Shown piece after piece: positions 1-14,168 of a stretch of DNA of 64,000 nucleotides. A program made the position numbers and the translations under genes. How positions within the stretch are numbered: position 1 is the first letter of the stretch; each line of letters opens with the position of its first letter. The notes beneath the pieces were generated by a model that was given only the letters and a program-made list of their open reading frames with translations, searched no databases and was not told the DNA's origin. This DNA is from Lingula anatina. Taxonomy: Eukaryota; Animalia; Brachiopoda. The DNA is taken from positions 9,176,001 through 9,240,000 of the forward strand of contig CM120641.1 of the NCBI GenBank assembly GCA_051362555.1. Reading direction: 5' to 3'.

Positions 1-466
1 AAAAAGAGCTATTTTCCGTCGATTTCTTGAAGGGCAAGTCTACCATTTGCTATTAGTGTTGTAGTGGGTATATGAGTATACACAGTACAAGAACAACATC
101 ATAAATCATGTTGACTTAGGAGCAAACAATGGGATTCATAAAACACTTGTCTTTTCACCTCTTCACTTTGCAATGGAAAATTGCTAAATCTGTAATTTAT
201 GATTCTTTTCCACGCCTTCTAAATTTCTTAAATGTCACAAGATGATGTATCACCAGAAAATGTTGGTATTCCAATAGCTTTTCTCCCACTGAACTACTGT
301 AAGTGTATATCCTAATTTTGGTCAGCAAAGCCAATTTTGACATCCAGTCATGTAAGGGGCAGGGTATTGACTTTGTGTGCAAATCTGAAATGATAGTTTT
401 TTGTTTTGACCATCAACAATCGATTAAATAATTCAGTTTCTTTTCATCAATCCAGTTGTCATTTAC

Positions 467-2522
467 CTGACAAGTCCACATCTCATTGCTTCATCTGCCA
501 TCATCTTTCTTGCTGTATATGCCAGTTCTCTTGCTAGACTGTCATTGCCCACAACTTTTGGTAGTCTCTGTAATGTTCCCACATCTGCAGCCAAACCTAC
601 ATCCACTTCCTGAAATATTCAAATTTAACACCTGACAATCTAACACACAGGGGGAAGCAGAGCAAGGGGGGGGGGGAGCAGTGGTCTCAAAACTTTATGT
701 AATCATCCAATATTGTCAATATTTGTCATACCTTAACCTGGAACCAGGCATCCTGGGAGCAATATCTGATATCACAAGCTGTGATCAGGTCTATGCCACC
801 ACCAACACAGGCATTGTGCACAGCCACTATCACAGGCTTGGGGCACTATGAAAGAGAATTTTAAAAATATACATTGAAAATTTTGGAACAACTGTCATGC
901 CTGTATTATATACTGATCCTTGTACAGTACCATAGCATAAAAATAATTTTGCACTTTCATATCAGTACTTAAATACATGTAAATTGCATGCCATAATCCT
1001 AATAAGGCATCCAAATACTTAACTTCTGTATAAAAAAAATGACAGACTGAAGAACTTCCATGCATGTGTAAAAATGTCACCAAACATGCAAATATAAACA
1101 CAATTAGTACACAAAAACAGCTTCTCTACTGAGGCAACAAATATATACACCAACCTTTTCCATACAAGTAAATGTGTCCTGATATCTAGCAATAGCACCC
1201 TTTAACTTCATGCTCTTCCTTCCCACATCACTTTCCATGGGCATTAGAGATGCTATTTCTTGCAAGTCAATTCCTAACAATAAATAACTCTTTTCATTTT
1301 TCTTGTGATTGAAGACAAATGATGATTAAAATGCAGGGATTAGAACATGTAATTTTACTTAACTTTTGAGCAAATCTTGAGAAAAAAATGTAAACTGAAA
1401 CTGAAATATGTTAAAAAGGGTAAAATGTCCTTGTCTATTGTGCATGATTTTAGTGTCTCACCTGCTGTGAACAGTTTCCCAGCACCTGACACAACAACTG
1501 ATCTACAGTCTGGGTCTGTGGACACCTTGTTAAAACATTCCACCATTTCCCTAAGTATGAAAGAGAAAAATAGATAACTTGTTTCATCGCAGTCAATTTT
1601 CAAATTTAGTTTAATTCATTTATGGCAATCAAGAATTTCTAATCATACAACAACACTCTCTGTACATACTCTCTCTATGTTTATTGTTTTTGAAAATAAT
1701 CGTAAGTTGTAACATGTTATTTTTCTATATCAATTTTTTTATTAAGGAAGCAGCAAATGGTAAGTGACAGCCTACAAAAAATTTTAAAGCTTTCATATAT
1801 ATTTATAAGATATCTGTATACTAGTACTGTACCTCCAAAATGCTGCGTTCATGGCATTTCTCTTTTCTGGTCTGTTGAGTTCCACTTGCAGCACATACTC
1901 TCTGGGTTTTGTCACTTTCAGGGTCTCAAAACTATAGCCTGCAGCTTCCAAGCCTCCTGACGACATTTTTCTGCTAGTCAATGTTAGTTTAGCTACATTT
2001 ATTATGTTACCACCTAAAAGGAAATATTTAATCACCTTATTTATAAAACAACTGCATGGAATGTCATATTGCTGTCTAAGATGTGTGGCAAAGATACAGG
2101 ACAAGTAATTTGCATTAAATTTTGTAAAGATATTTTATGCACCCACCAATCAAATCAGTGCTCCTTTATTAAATGTTCATTATTTTCAAAAATATATTTA
2201 ACTTATATGCATAACTTGTAATTTCAAGCTTCCACGATAATAACTATTTGCCACTGCAGTAAAAACTAAAATATATACCGTTTACCTACAAACAGGTATA
2301 ACGATAAACTTTCAGCAACAACACAATTCTACCGATGTAACTACGTTAATTAAAATTAAATTTACCACCGCAGTAAAGTTTATTACAACCCTTCCCGACT
2401 TTTACAAACACTATTGTAACTCGTACAAACGGACTTAAGTACAAATTTTAAGTAAGGATACGTTTGTTCTAGCACTTGCTCTTACCATGAACAAACCGAA
2501 TACTTCTCGCCAAACTAAGCAT
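467..2522 (-). CDS. ECH1: Delta(3,5)-delta(2,4)-dienoyl-CoA isomerase (crotonase family), 3'-partial (continues beyond position 1)
   Basis: Exons 2522-2486, 2013-1833, 1550-1462, 1273-1155, 845-732 and 609-467 have GT-AG boundaries and consistent phases. Translation: MLSLARSIRFVHGG...VELNRPEKRNAMNAAFWREMVECF...VSGAGKLFTAGIDL...CPKPVIVAVHNACVGGGIDL...FQVKEVDVGLAADVGTLQRLPKVVG, which is typical of ECH1. The N-terminus resembles a mitochondrial presequence. Confidence 0.93.
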
Positions 2523-2706
2523 TATCAGAACATGAGAATAATGTAGCACAAATTTCTATCTGAACTTTGATCTTGGTGCCTCAGTAGATCTACACATGTT
2601 TGGGCCAAAGGCATTTTACGGTGTGTTTGATTGGTGTTTTCTAACAAATCATCCAATAGAATTCTTGGATACATTCCGAACTTATGCAATGTCAGGGTAA
2701 ACAAAC
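2523..2706. promoter_or_regulatory. Compact bidirectional promoter between ECH1 and the SDR gene
   Basis: The divergent ATGs at 2522 (-) and 2707 (+) are only 184 bp apart. CCAAT boxes occur in both orientations (ATTGG ~2630, CCAAT ~2653) and the region is locally CpG-retaining. Confidence 0.65.
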
Positions 2707-3669
2707 ATGGCTGCTTGGGGGCTGGGACTTGGGTTTGCAATCGGCGCTGCATTTTTTCTGTATCGCAGGCACAGGCGACATGCAAAATGCCCTTCAGATG
2801 CACAACTGGATGGAAAGACAGTGTTGATAACTGGTGGCAATTGCGGCATTGGTCTGGCGACTGCAATCGAGTTGGGCAAAAGAAATGCGAGGCTCATTCT
2901 TGCTTGCAGGGATATGGAGAAGGCAAAGAAGGCGTTGGTCCTCATTAAAAACGCTGCACCCAATGCAGAGGTTATAATCAAACACCTGGACTTGGCGTCC
3001 TTGAAATCAGTGAGACGTTTTTGTGAAGATATTTTACGCGATGAGAAGAAAATTGACATTCTGATCAACAATGCAGGCGTTTTCTATCACAAAATTGACA
3101 AAGTCACTGAAGAAGGCTTTGAATATAACATGGGTATTAACCACCTTGGCCATTTTCTGTTGACAAATCTGCTGGTTGACCTCATGAAGAAGGCTTCTCC
3201 GTCTAGGATTATAGTAGTTTCTTCAGCATTGCTTAAAAGAGGAGTGCTCAATTTTGATTCTAACCTGGGTTGGCCTGACCATGACAAAACCTCAAGCATG
3301 CAAGGGTATGCAAACAGTAAACTTGCTAATGTAGTTTTTGCCCGAGAGCTGAGTCGTAGGCTTGAAGGAAGTGGTGTATCTGTTTACAGTATTCACCCTG
3401 GTATGGTCAAAACAGATCTAGCCCGGTATTACAGTGTCCCATTCTTTCTAAGACTACTTGGTGGACTACTGTTGTGGGCTTTGCAAAAAAGTCCAGAAGA
3501 AGGATGTCAAGCAGTTGTTTACTGCTCTGTTGCCAAAGAGTTGGCTAATGAGTCAGGTTGTTACTACGGGAATGTGAAAAAGGAACCATGGCCAAAAACT
3601 GCTGAGGATAATGAACCTGCTGCTAAGAAATTGTGGGAGTTAAGTGAGAGACTGGTTGGTCTGGCTTGA
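2707..3669 (+). CDS. Retinol dehydrogenase 11/12/13/14-like short-chain dehydrogenase/reductase, single exon, 320 aa
   Basis: Intact ORF with an N-terminal hydrophobic anchor, TGGNCGIG (TGxxxGxG), LDLASLKSVR, ILINNAG, NHLGHFLLTNLL, catalytic YANSK, HPGMVKT and the C-terminal AKKLWELSERLVGL. Confidence 0.93.
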   Translation: MAAWGLGLGFAIGAAFFLYRRHRRHAKCPSDAQLDGKTVLITGGNCGIGLATAIELGKRNARLILACRDMEKAKKALVLIKNAAPNAEVIIKHLDLASLKSVRRFCEDILRDEKKIDILINNAGVFYHKIDKVTEEGFEYNMGINHLGHFLLTNLLVDLMKKASPSRIIVVSSALLKRGVLNFDSNLGWPDHDKTSSMQGYANSKLANVVFARELSRRLEGSGVSVYSIHPGMVKTDLARYYSVPFFLRLLGGLLLWALQKSPEEGCQAVVYCSVAKELANESGCYYGNVKKEPWPKTAEDNEPAAKKLWELSERLVGLA

Positions 3670-3698
3670 TAGTTACTCAGTATATATGTACCGTATAT

Positions 3699-4250
3699 AT
3701 ACACTGACCAAAACTTCCAGCGCAACACTTCTGTTTATTGCAACACGTCATTTTCTTATGCTAAATTTAACAATACATAACAAAGATGCAAATCAAAAAC
3801 ACAGTTTCAGAGTCATAAATAAAGAACAAATTTATTGCATCAGTTGAAGGCACAATTCAGGATCACTGAAGTCGGTATCATGTATGGCCTCCTTTGACGT
3901 CACACACAGCCTGGATTCTGCGATGCCTGGCATCAATCAATAGAAGAATTTCAGCCTGTGTGATGCGGACTCATTCCTTCTGGAGTTCTTGATGCAACTG
4001 TTGGATTGTGGTAGGTTCTGGATCATGCCTTCTCACACGGTGAACCAGAATATCCCATAGATGTCCTATAGGGTTTAAATCTGGGAAATACGATCACTGG
4101 TGCTTCTTGTTGCATTATACCAGCTCCAGAGACGTGATATGGTCGACACATGGACGCCAAGGTTCCTTACAACCCGTCTTTGCAACATGCTGCAAGTGAG
4201 CATACCAACAACTCGCATCGCTGATTTTGACCTAGGCGTGGCATGGTCAC
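3699..4250 (-). mobile_element. Internally deleted Tc1-like transposon remnant
   Basis: The minus strand encodes a Tc1 N-terminal HTH (RVVGML...RRVVRNLGVHVSTISRLW) fused at ~4085 directly to the Tc1 C-terminus (PDLNPIGHLWDIL...QELQKE*VRI...RIQAVCDVKGGHT*Y), with stops. A TA-CACTG terminus is present at ~3699; the other end is lost near a (CA)n tract. Confidence 0.8.
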
Positions 4251-5304
4251 ACACACACACATATTACATGTACTTATTACAGATGTCAAGAAATCTATGG
4301 CAGGGCATTTGTGGGAAATGTATAATTTTCAATTCTTTAATTTCATTAATTAATCATATTAATTTTATTGTATATTGTTAAAAGGACCTAGTAGTGGTAC
4401 GCATGATATTATGTTATCATAGAAAATTCAATAAATGTACTCAAGCAGATGTGTTTGATTTTACTCAAAACTAAATGAAACAAATGTGACTTACATTTAT
4501 CTTTTATTAACATTTTCATCTGTTTATGTTTAATTGCAGAATGTTAACCTAACATATCACAATGCCAAAAAAATTCAATTATAAAAAGAATTGTAATTAT
4601 TTTCTACAATGCTTTTAATGCTTAAATAGCATATTGATAGTTGACAGTTTATATTAAAAGTTCATTATTTGGTGGAAAGTGGTGTGAGGCCCTATTTTGT
4701 TTGTCGGAAACCATTAGGCAAATCAGTCATACACAGCTAGATTTTAGAACTATTACACAAACATCTCTTCAAAATGGGTTTGTAAGATATTAAAATTCAA
4801 AAACAAATTTAACCAAGGGCAAAAAAAAAGAACATGCTGTGTTATTCCTTTATAAACCAACCCCCTATGTTTTAATATTTCCTTGTTATATCTAGCTTTC
4901 TCAGTGAAAAGTCTTAAGTTTTTTTTTTAATTTCACTTACGTTATGTAGTGAGACAATGTATTTACTGTACATTAAAGAGCTATTTACCATTTGGGGTAT
5001 TTATCTGTTCAACAGATTTATGAAAAAATCCTGCCAATTACTATATATGATTTGACAGTTGAATTACCTATTACTCATTCAATTGATATAGCTCAACCTT
5101 GTAGGAATATAGTGTCCAGATTCCAAAATGTCTTCCATTTCTACGCAATGTGTTGTAGATTATGTGTTTTAATACTCCATGAATATTTGCTGCTAATTTC
5201 AACACTGGAAGCTGTTAATATTGATATTTATCACTTCTTGTACCAAAGACAATATAGTATTTTTGTTGAAATTTGACAGAAATATCTAGATCTACAATCT
5301 TCAG

Positions 5305-5921
5305 TTATCTCTTCTTGTCTACAGTCTTCTGATGCACATACTGGAGTAGTTGGTTTTTTGACAGTTTGTCAGGGTCACACTTTTCCTGTTTTTCATGCAC
5401 TTTAACTCCACTTTCCCATGGCCAAAACACTCTTTGTAATAAAGTGTCCCTATAAATAACAAAAGCAGATTGATAGAGGAAAACAGCAACAATATGCAAT
5501 ATAAAATGTAAGTGGCTTACCACTGATATGGTACATATAAACATTCTCAATGCAGCAACTGTACAGTATTTTCTCTTTGTTACATAATTTCATAATAGCC
5601 CTTTTAAAAAATAATGACCAAAAGGATCATACCAAATCAAATCACATCTAAATACAAGGCATGCTAGATTCTAAACAAACCAGACAAACACTAATATGGA
5701 TGCCTTCCAAAAACTTTACAGCTAACCTCACATCAGCTATGGACTCTGGTGGCGTAGCAAACATGGACTCCCCATTCTTCTTGTTAAAGTAATACTTTCT
5801 ATTACTGCTCCGACTAAAACTCATCACCCAAGGGTCTGAAAGTACATCCATAAAATTAAAATAGTAACAATAACAATACATTTATGCATTTGCAAGTTTC
5901 ACTAAACTGTCACAATATCTG

Positions 5922-5952
<31 letters not shown>

Positions 5953-8900
5953 TAAATATTTTTATATATTATAATTTGTGAACATTTTGTACCCTACAAA
6001 TGATACAGATTTTATATTACCTTTGACAGTCTTGACAAAGAACACCCCCGAAGGTAAGAAATGGCAGCCACTGCTATTACAATAGCATAATCTTGGGAAA
6101 GAAGAGCCCTTAACAGATTTCATCTCTAAGCTGAAATCAAAGAGGGTACTCAAACATGTATAGAATAACAATACTAGCCTGGTTGACACTGGCCATTCTA
6201 TGGAATGAGTATGACTGGTAAATGTACTTTATAAAAAGAAGTTATTTTGTGACAAATGGTTAGTGCTAGTGTAAAATATCATTTTTCTAACGCTTAGTGC
6301 TATAAAGAAAATCTAAAATCTATATTAAAAAAAAAAGGAAAATCTGAAAGGTAGATAATTGAAAGGGGATATGTAAACCTATTTGCATGCCACAATATTA
6401 TCCATACTTACCTATCAAAAAGTTCTGATATTTCTTCAAATCTATATATATCCTTCACTCTAACAGGTGCTAAGTCAGAACGACTGGGCTTAGAAAGTGC
6501 TTTCACAAATAACCTTAGCTTCTCTATCCTGTAATATAAAAGAATATTTGTTGTGAAACAGATGTAAAATTCTAAAACAATTAAAGGGATAGACATATGA
6601 GATTCAAAATTCCACAATAAATACATTGCAAACAACACAAATATAAGAAATTTCATTCCACCACCAAAACAGCAGTCATCACAATTATTTTGAAATATGT
6701 GGTTGCTACTGCATCATGTGGACCTTCATAGACGACTTCCCTCCTTCATAATCTCTTAAGAGATTATTACAAAAAACATACTTTCTTTAAAAAAATGTAG
6801 GAATGGATTCATTAATCACTGATAAGTATTAGAACATTTTGTTCACCCCTGGAAAATCCATTTTATGGCACTTTACCTACCAAAATGAAGAGTTGTTATC
6901 CCTAAAGTAATTAACTGTCAAACACCAAATATGGCCAATTTCTTCCACAGAGGCATGTACTCATTTACCTCACATTAAAATGTTCCTGTCTGATGTCATC
7001 TCCACAAATAAACATGGCATCCAGGACATGAAATGTCATGAGTTTTCTTTGGCCTTTTCCCTAAACAGATGAAAATATCTCACTTGTAGAAGAGTGTATT
7101 TCCTTATTCTTTTTATTGAAGTGAATTAGTGACAAGATAAGATACTTAATGCATATTTGGCCAAACACAGGTGAGCATGCATGCACGAATGCAACACCAA
7201 CACAAACACCAAAATCAATATTTTTCTGAACATCCAATTGATCGGAGAAAATCATGTTTCAGGTGGTTAATGCGATTGTTATATATTCTACAGATAGGGG
7301 TTGGGAAGGGAGAGCAATTTGATACTTTTGTTTACAGTCTATATCAATGTGCATTTTATTTATGACCTTATATTGTTGCAGTTTCTTTATCAGAGGTCAT
7401 GAAAGGAAAATGAGTGAAGTAAACTACAAGTACCTCTCCCTTTAACTCTTGAACCAGTTCTCCTTCTAGCAAAGTGTCTTTTGGAAGCTCTAGCTTGATT
7501 TCCTCAAGTTTTCTCCAGGGTGTTTCAGGCCGACCATCCCACTTGTAGATGTGTGCTCTCTTTCCAAACAATCACTAAATTAGTCTATACTAATGTTGCA
7601 TCATAGATGACAAGCAGGCAACAAAGAGGACAAGATGATAAATAAATGTTTTTTATTCAAAATTAAAAAGCGTATATTTCAATTCTCTCACTGATTAATT
7701 TGCAACTGTTGTGATTAAAACCAAGTATAGACATAGTTTTAGTGTTTTGTTAAGACATGTCTATGAGATAAAATACTATGGTGTACTTACTCCAAGACTC
7801 AACAGAAACAATCTCTGATTACCCCCTACAACATAGCACCTGTAGTCAAACACACTCTTCATACAGTTCAGCTTTGTCTGATCCAGTACAGCTGGAGTGT
7901 GTTTAAAGTAATCTGTATTCTCTCCCTGAAAACAACAGGTGCCACATAAGCTGTCATGCAAAATAGAATACTTTATTATGTAGCAGATATATTTAGAACA
8001 GTGTTCTTTGAAATAGGCAGCATGGCTGATACACCTGCAAACATTAAAAGCAATGCAGAATCACATTAAAATGCTACCAATAAAAAAATTACAGTGATAT
8101 TTGAAATGACCTGCATTTCTACCAAACAATACATCCCAGTAAATTTAGAGTGAAGCCAAAATTAGTTTGGCAACTACAAGGTGCAAGTGTGGAAGGACAG
8201 ACACAGAAAATGAATATTACTTTTTACAATAATCTATTTAAATCTAGGACCTATAGTAACTTTAAAGATTAATTGATGTTATTTTGCATGCTTCAGCAGA
8301 TTTTCATTTCTATTGTGACAGTCAAATTCATTAAGTACTCACTTTTATTAATTCTTTAAATTTAGTCTTGGCCTCCACTTTAGATGCTGCTGTTCTCACA
8401 CTGTCTGGGATCTGAGTTAAAAATTTACACAGAATGATAGGTCAAGAAAATATTTAATACTTACAGAAGACATGGCAGAAGGATAGTGTCTCCAAAGCAT
8501 TTTTATTTTATAAAATATTTATATTCAAACTCATACTTATAAGCGGAGTATGCAAAAAACTGTAAAAAATTATTTGAAAGAATTACATATATCACAGTTT
8601 AGCAATTTGAAAAAGTAAAAATGGTTGTTAGTGCATTACCTGCCATGTCTCTAAACATTCTGCCCTCATAAGTGATTGTCTCTCTTCATACAAATCACTG
8701 GAATGTTACAAAACATTTCAGTGTCTACAAACATTAAGAAACAGTAGTCTCTCAAAAAAAGAGAAGACAAAATAATTTTTTTCTTCAGTTTGTCTCACAA
8801 AAATGTATTTATATGCTAACAAAAAAAAAAAATCATTTCTCTGACAGCTCTGAGATTTTCCTCTTAATACTGTTGTAACTATTATTATACCTGTAGTGTA

Positions 8901-11900
8901 TCTGAGTTATAAATCATGACTTTTACAACATTTAACAGCAATTAAGCCAGTATCTAGTTGATTTTTTGTAATAATCTTACGGATTTTTTGCAAAGGCTTG
9001 TATTTTGGCCAAGTTCAATGCCTGTTTTATTCCCAAGCTGAAAAGGAATAAACAAGTTTACTTTACCAAATAAACATATTGTTTATTCTTCAATAAAAAA
9101 TTCACAGAAAACAATCAGCATATATATAAGTAATTACTAATTACTCAATAACGTAGTTATTATATACCGGTAATATGCATAGAATATGATCTTATTTCTG
9201 GGAATCACTACTGACAAATGTCTACACCAAGCATAATATTGACTGATGATGAGATCAATGTTTTTTTACCAATAAGAGTAAAGAAAAGATACCATCAATC
9301 AGATGACAATTATGGCTTATGACAACCATGATGCAACTTTTGATGTTACCTTAGAGAGCACTGACATTCAGCCAGTATTATATTCCATAACAAAACAATT
9401 ACGGACTCAAGTTTTTGATCAATATGTTGTTTAGAAGACCCTGGAAAAGTGACAGCATCCTGGGATGCACCTTTCAAATATTACTTTTGTGAGGTTTTCA
9501 AAACAGCACGTTTAACCCAGCCAAACTCATTAATGTCTTAATGTATGTGAAAATGCATAAGAATATACATCCATGATTTAACATAATTTCATAACAATAC
9601 ACACAAGTGTGCATTCTGCTATGCAATGATTGACAAAATGAAAGTCCACTCACTTGTCATTTGATGTAATGATATAATCCACAAACTTGTGATCACTTCT
9701 CATGACATTATCTGGGACCACCTCTATTATATCATTGTCACTGGTGCTTCCCATCTTTTCCAGGGCTAGGTTGATGTGATACATGTAATCTGTCACTGCC
9801 TGAGCATCTTGACGCTTATATTTACATACAATGTACCTATACAGAGTAGCAAAGGTGAAGTTTAACACTGAAGTGTGTGAAAAAAAAACTGCTACAAAAT
9901 ATTTCATTGAATATCTTCACAAGTTAGGTAGATGATAATTTAAGTGATATATTATTAAAATGTAAACAAAAGTTGTTTTATTTACCTGACTTATTGTTAG
10001 ATTTTGGTATCTGGTACCACATTCTTTAACAATGATTCAACTCTGAACAATATGAAACTTGTATGCGTGCCTTACCTCTCTGAATTTGCAGGTCTACTTG
10101 TAACTGGTTTGAAAATGGCCACATGTTCAAAAGCCTTGTACATCAGGTAAACAAGCCCAACGCTGTATGCAGTGAAGATATCAAAAAGTTTGCAAACAAA
10201 ATGTCCACCTAAATGTGAAAGACAGGTAATAGAAAAATTGTTTGGTAGACATTTACATAACCTCGTATGGGAAACAAAAAATAGCAATATGATGCAAAAT
10301 TAATGTTTTGCCATATGAAACTTAGCAAAGGAAATAAAGCTACCTTGCTACACATAGGCTACCAGTACTTACCATCCCTCAGTAGCATAAGGGCAGCTAA
10401 AAATTGACACAGGTATAACCTTTTGGACAAAATTTCCTGGATATTTTCTTGACCTTCAACTGAAAATCCCTAGAAAAACAAAAATTGCTAAAAATAACTT
10501 TCTCTTGAAATAAACAATTCGCTGAAATCTTAAAACAGGAATAATTACTTTTCTTTGTAAAAGATGCTTATAAAAGTAGTTGCAGTGAGGGAGCGGCTGT
10601 TGGTTTACGTATTTGGTAAGGAAAATCCATTTGAGCCAGACAAAATTGAAATAATCACAGAAAATGTTTATCTTTGGTAAAATGTAAAACCACTTCTCAA
10701 TTTTCTTTAGTACCATAAACTTGGCAGTAAAAAGTTTTAACAGACTCACACCATCAGCCATGACAAAATGGACTCCTTTATTGTTTGTGTTCTCCAAAAC
10801 AAATTTTTGCAGAGAGATAAGGTTTTCTGGCCTATAAATGTCCCCATCATCATTGACACCTGGAAATAAATATGAATAAAAATGAATAAAAATTCCTTGT
10901 ACAGAATGAGACTACGAAATTAACCAATGTCAGCATTTTAATCTTTTAGATTAATAATATCCATTGTTTAACAATGCAGTGGTGAAGTATCAGTGACAAT
11001 AATTAACTTTAAACAAGAAACACAAAATGTTAACTGTTCAGTACACAGGTTAGATTTTGCCTAAAACATTTTGTGAGAGAATATCTGACAGAGAAACAGT
11101 CTCATATGGGTTAGACCTTCACTTATAATATTTACCATAGTAAGGTTCAAACATTTCACTGGGTGCAGCCAGGAAGTCCTCCAGCTTGAAATCACAGGGT
11201 CCTTTCAGTGTGAAACCAAAACCTTTAGCATGCCATTTTTTCCTCCACAGTATGTATTCACTGAAACCACCAGGACCAGCACAGACATCAGCAAAATATA
11301 GTAACTCATTTGGACCAACAACGCTTCTCTGGAATTGAAAGAAAATAGAATGCAAAAAAATAAATAAATAAATAAATAAAAATAATAATAATAAATAAAA
11401 ATAGATGTATATAAAGACAATATCTTGAAACAAATGGTAAGTTAATAATCTAACACTTAACTTCCTAAACGGCAAGATCATGACCAATGGACCAACCAAT
11501 TGTTTAACGTAATGATAAAACTTATAACAAATAACTTACCCCTTCTCTGTCCTTTGGGTTGGTGAACATAAAATCTAGAACTGCGTCCATGTTGGCCATC
11601 TTAACAGCAGCCCTGTTATGACATTACGAAACCACTTAAAATGAATAAGTTATACAGGTCATCATTGTATATAATGATGTCATAGGTATGTGCCAAGAGA
11701 TCAACAAATAATTATCAAACCTTGAAGATTACCAGTAAGGGTGAATGTAGAAGGCACACAATTTCAGTCTGTGTGTGCTATCTGTAACCAAAACAGCCTT
11801 AATAATAAAACCAATACAAAATACTAGAAATGCAGAAAATCCCTGTAACTATATATATATATATCAAGATTTACAACTATGACAAACAAATGTTTCAATG

Positions 11901-14168
11901 AAAAAAACTTAATTTTACAAACCTATTCAAGAATATGGCTCCACGTATAGTCTCATATGGGTTAGACCTTGTCCTGGCTCTGCGCATCTCTTCTGGCTCT
12001 AGTATATCAAACATACTCTGTAAAATAAGAAACAGCACAAACTTAATTTAGTTTACATATAAAAATAGAAATTCAAGGACAAGTATTGTATAGGTTGTAA
12101 TTTTGGGTTGAGTAATTCAGTGAATCTGTGAAATTCTAATGCAAAACTCTAAGTATTTCATATAACAGTATTTCATATAATCTATCAAATTTGAAAATAT
12201 TTTCGTAGTTCAAAACATTTTTTTAACTTAATGAATGTCAATCTATCACCATATTATTGTTTTTTAAAACCAGCTATATCTTTTCAAATATAATTTTGAT
12301 TAAGTATATTATAATTTGCTCACCTTGCATTTCAGTACATCTTGTAGGACTGATTCAGTACAAAATTGAGTTTCGTCATCAATTGTTAACTTTTTCTGAA
12401 AAAGCATATAAAAATTACTTGAAGGTCACATTGTTTTAAATTAACTAATGTTTGTCTGAAGGAGAATCACTCTTTTTTATAGTTATAATTAAGTATCTTT
12501 TCATTTTTCTGACTTTACTGCAGTTTCCAAGAAAACTTTATGCATGAACCTCCTCAATCCCAAGTTATACCAGATTCCATTTCAAAGTGATAAATAGCAA
12601 AGAGTATGCAATATAATTGCTGATTTATATATTGACCCCAAATGAAACTTTTGTGTTTATCTCATTTAAAAGAAAACCAATTGTAGCCTGACTGAATAGT
12701 AAGTGTTGACCAGTGAACCTGTATGTTAAGAATAATGCCATACATCACCTTTCCTTCTCTCATCCATGATTCCATTGTATCTATGGATGGGACTGGGTCT
12801 GTACATGAAGGCATCCACTCCACTGTTTCCTTTGCAGAGACCTTGAAAAATTGGCATTTGCTTTTCAATACTCAAAATAAGTTACCTATCTTCATTGTAA
12901 AACATATAGCTGTTACATTCAAAAAGATAAAATATCAAAACCAAATTTACAGTCACCCAAAGATTTCATAATCTTATAGTATAAATCTTTACTGTCATAC
13001 AGCAAAAAATGGGTATGTGACTTTATATTCAATGTACAAAAAATGTTTTATAATGTTTAACAGCACAAAAGCTAAGAAAAAAATATGTTAAATGTTATCT
13101 TACATCTTCCCAGCTCCATTCTACATCTGCAGGCTCAAATGCCCCAAGTTGCAATCCAAGACCTCGTCTTCCCCTTTGCTTTGATGCCTCAACAGGGTCT
13201 ACTCTGCCCTGTTTATTTAATCCTAATCCACTGCCTTCTTTGTAACCCATTTTTGCCTATAGAAAGAGAAACCTATACTGATTATCTTCCAAATTGTTAC
13301 AATTATGTACACCACAATAAACATAAAAAATAGAAATAGATAAAATAAAGGAAAGATACAGAACACATGTCAGTTCAATATTCCTAGCTGCAGAAGTCAT
13401 TAGCATTCAACAATGACTCATTCAGTCTGTGAAAAAGTGAGTGTTGTATCCATCAATATACCTTTAAAAACTGGATCAGCACTAAATATCTTTATATAAA
13501 ACTGTTGATTACCTAGTTAGAATTTAAAAAAGCACATCATGCAGCCAATCTGTATACATGTACATTACCATCATTTTCTGTGCTTTGCTTGAGTATTCAG
13601 CACCCTTCTTTTTCTTTGTGGGTGGTTCAACTGCATTTCCCTCTTCATTTGTTTCCACATGGAGCACTCTTTTCTTGGCCCCAAATCCTCCTTTTTTCCA
13701 CCCTTCATCTATGGTCATCCCCCCACTATCTTCATCAGAGTCATCTGAGATATAAAACAGCTCCAGTTAACTTACATGACTACTGTACACTTGAATGCTA
13801 ATCCATATACTGGTATCTAGTACTTCAATTCCCATCAACAGAGCCAGGTGTAAGGTGAGAATTTTAGCTGCTTGTCTACCAGTTAGATCACTGTGAAAAC
13901 ATACACATGTTCTTAAGGGGGAATGTCTGCAACAAACAGATTATTCTTGTGAGAGATTTGTCAGAAATTGTATCCTGCCCCCAAAACAAACTCTCAAATA
14001 ATAATAATGTTGCTCAAGCAACTTATATTGGACTCAGTTCTGCACAGTAGGTTGTATCACTTTTTGACATACTTTGGGCATGCAGAAGTTTATGGTTTGT
14101 TTTTCCCAGATGTTTTATTTTATGGTGGCCTAACTGGTAGACAAGAAGATGAACGTTATCTTACTCAT
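5305..14168 (-). CDS. CMTR1: Cap-specific mRNA (nucleoside-2'-O)-methyltransferase 1
   Basis: Exons: 14168-14165 (or alternative start 14693-14678), 13744-13569, 13256-13104, 12841-12749, 12395-12324, 12017-11923, 11612-11540, 11328-11136, 10859-10750, 10469-10373, 10208-10076, 9836-9654, 9037-8981, 8697-8640, 8411-8343, 7925-7791, 7559-7434, 7060-6969, 6528-6412, 6130-6021, 5835-5727, 5449-5305. Domains: G-patch ([17 protein letters not shown]), RrmJ methyltransferase ([75 protein letters not shown]), a GTase-like region and a WW domain ([17 protein letters not shown]). Confidence 0.95.
6595..6770 (-). repeat. Dispersed ~180-bp repeat, copy 1 of 3 (terminal palindrome ATAATCTCTTAAGAGATTAT; possibly HINE-like)
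   Basis: Its reverse complement aligns by eye with 51872-52063 and 62512-62680 (shared TCTA.GAA.GTCCA, TTTTGGTGGT and GAATCTCAT motifs). Confidence 0.65.

Noticed and set aside
2525-3299. Overlapping ORFs antisense or alternative to the SDR gene
   Set aside because: These are shadow ORFs of a GC-richer coding region with no recognisable domains.
8467-8650. 11-bp inverted match (AGACATGGCAG) to a CMTR1 exon end
   Set aside because: Too short to distinguish from chance.
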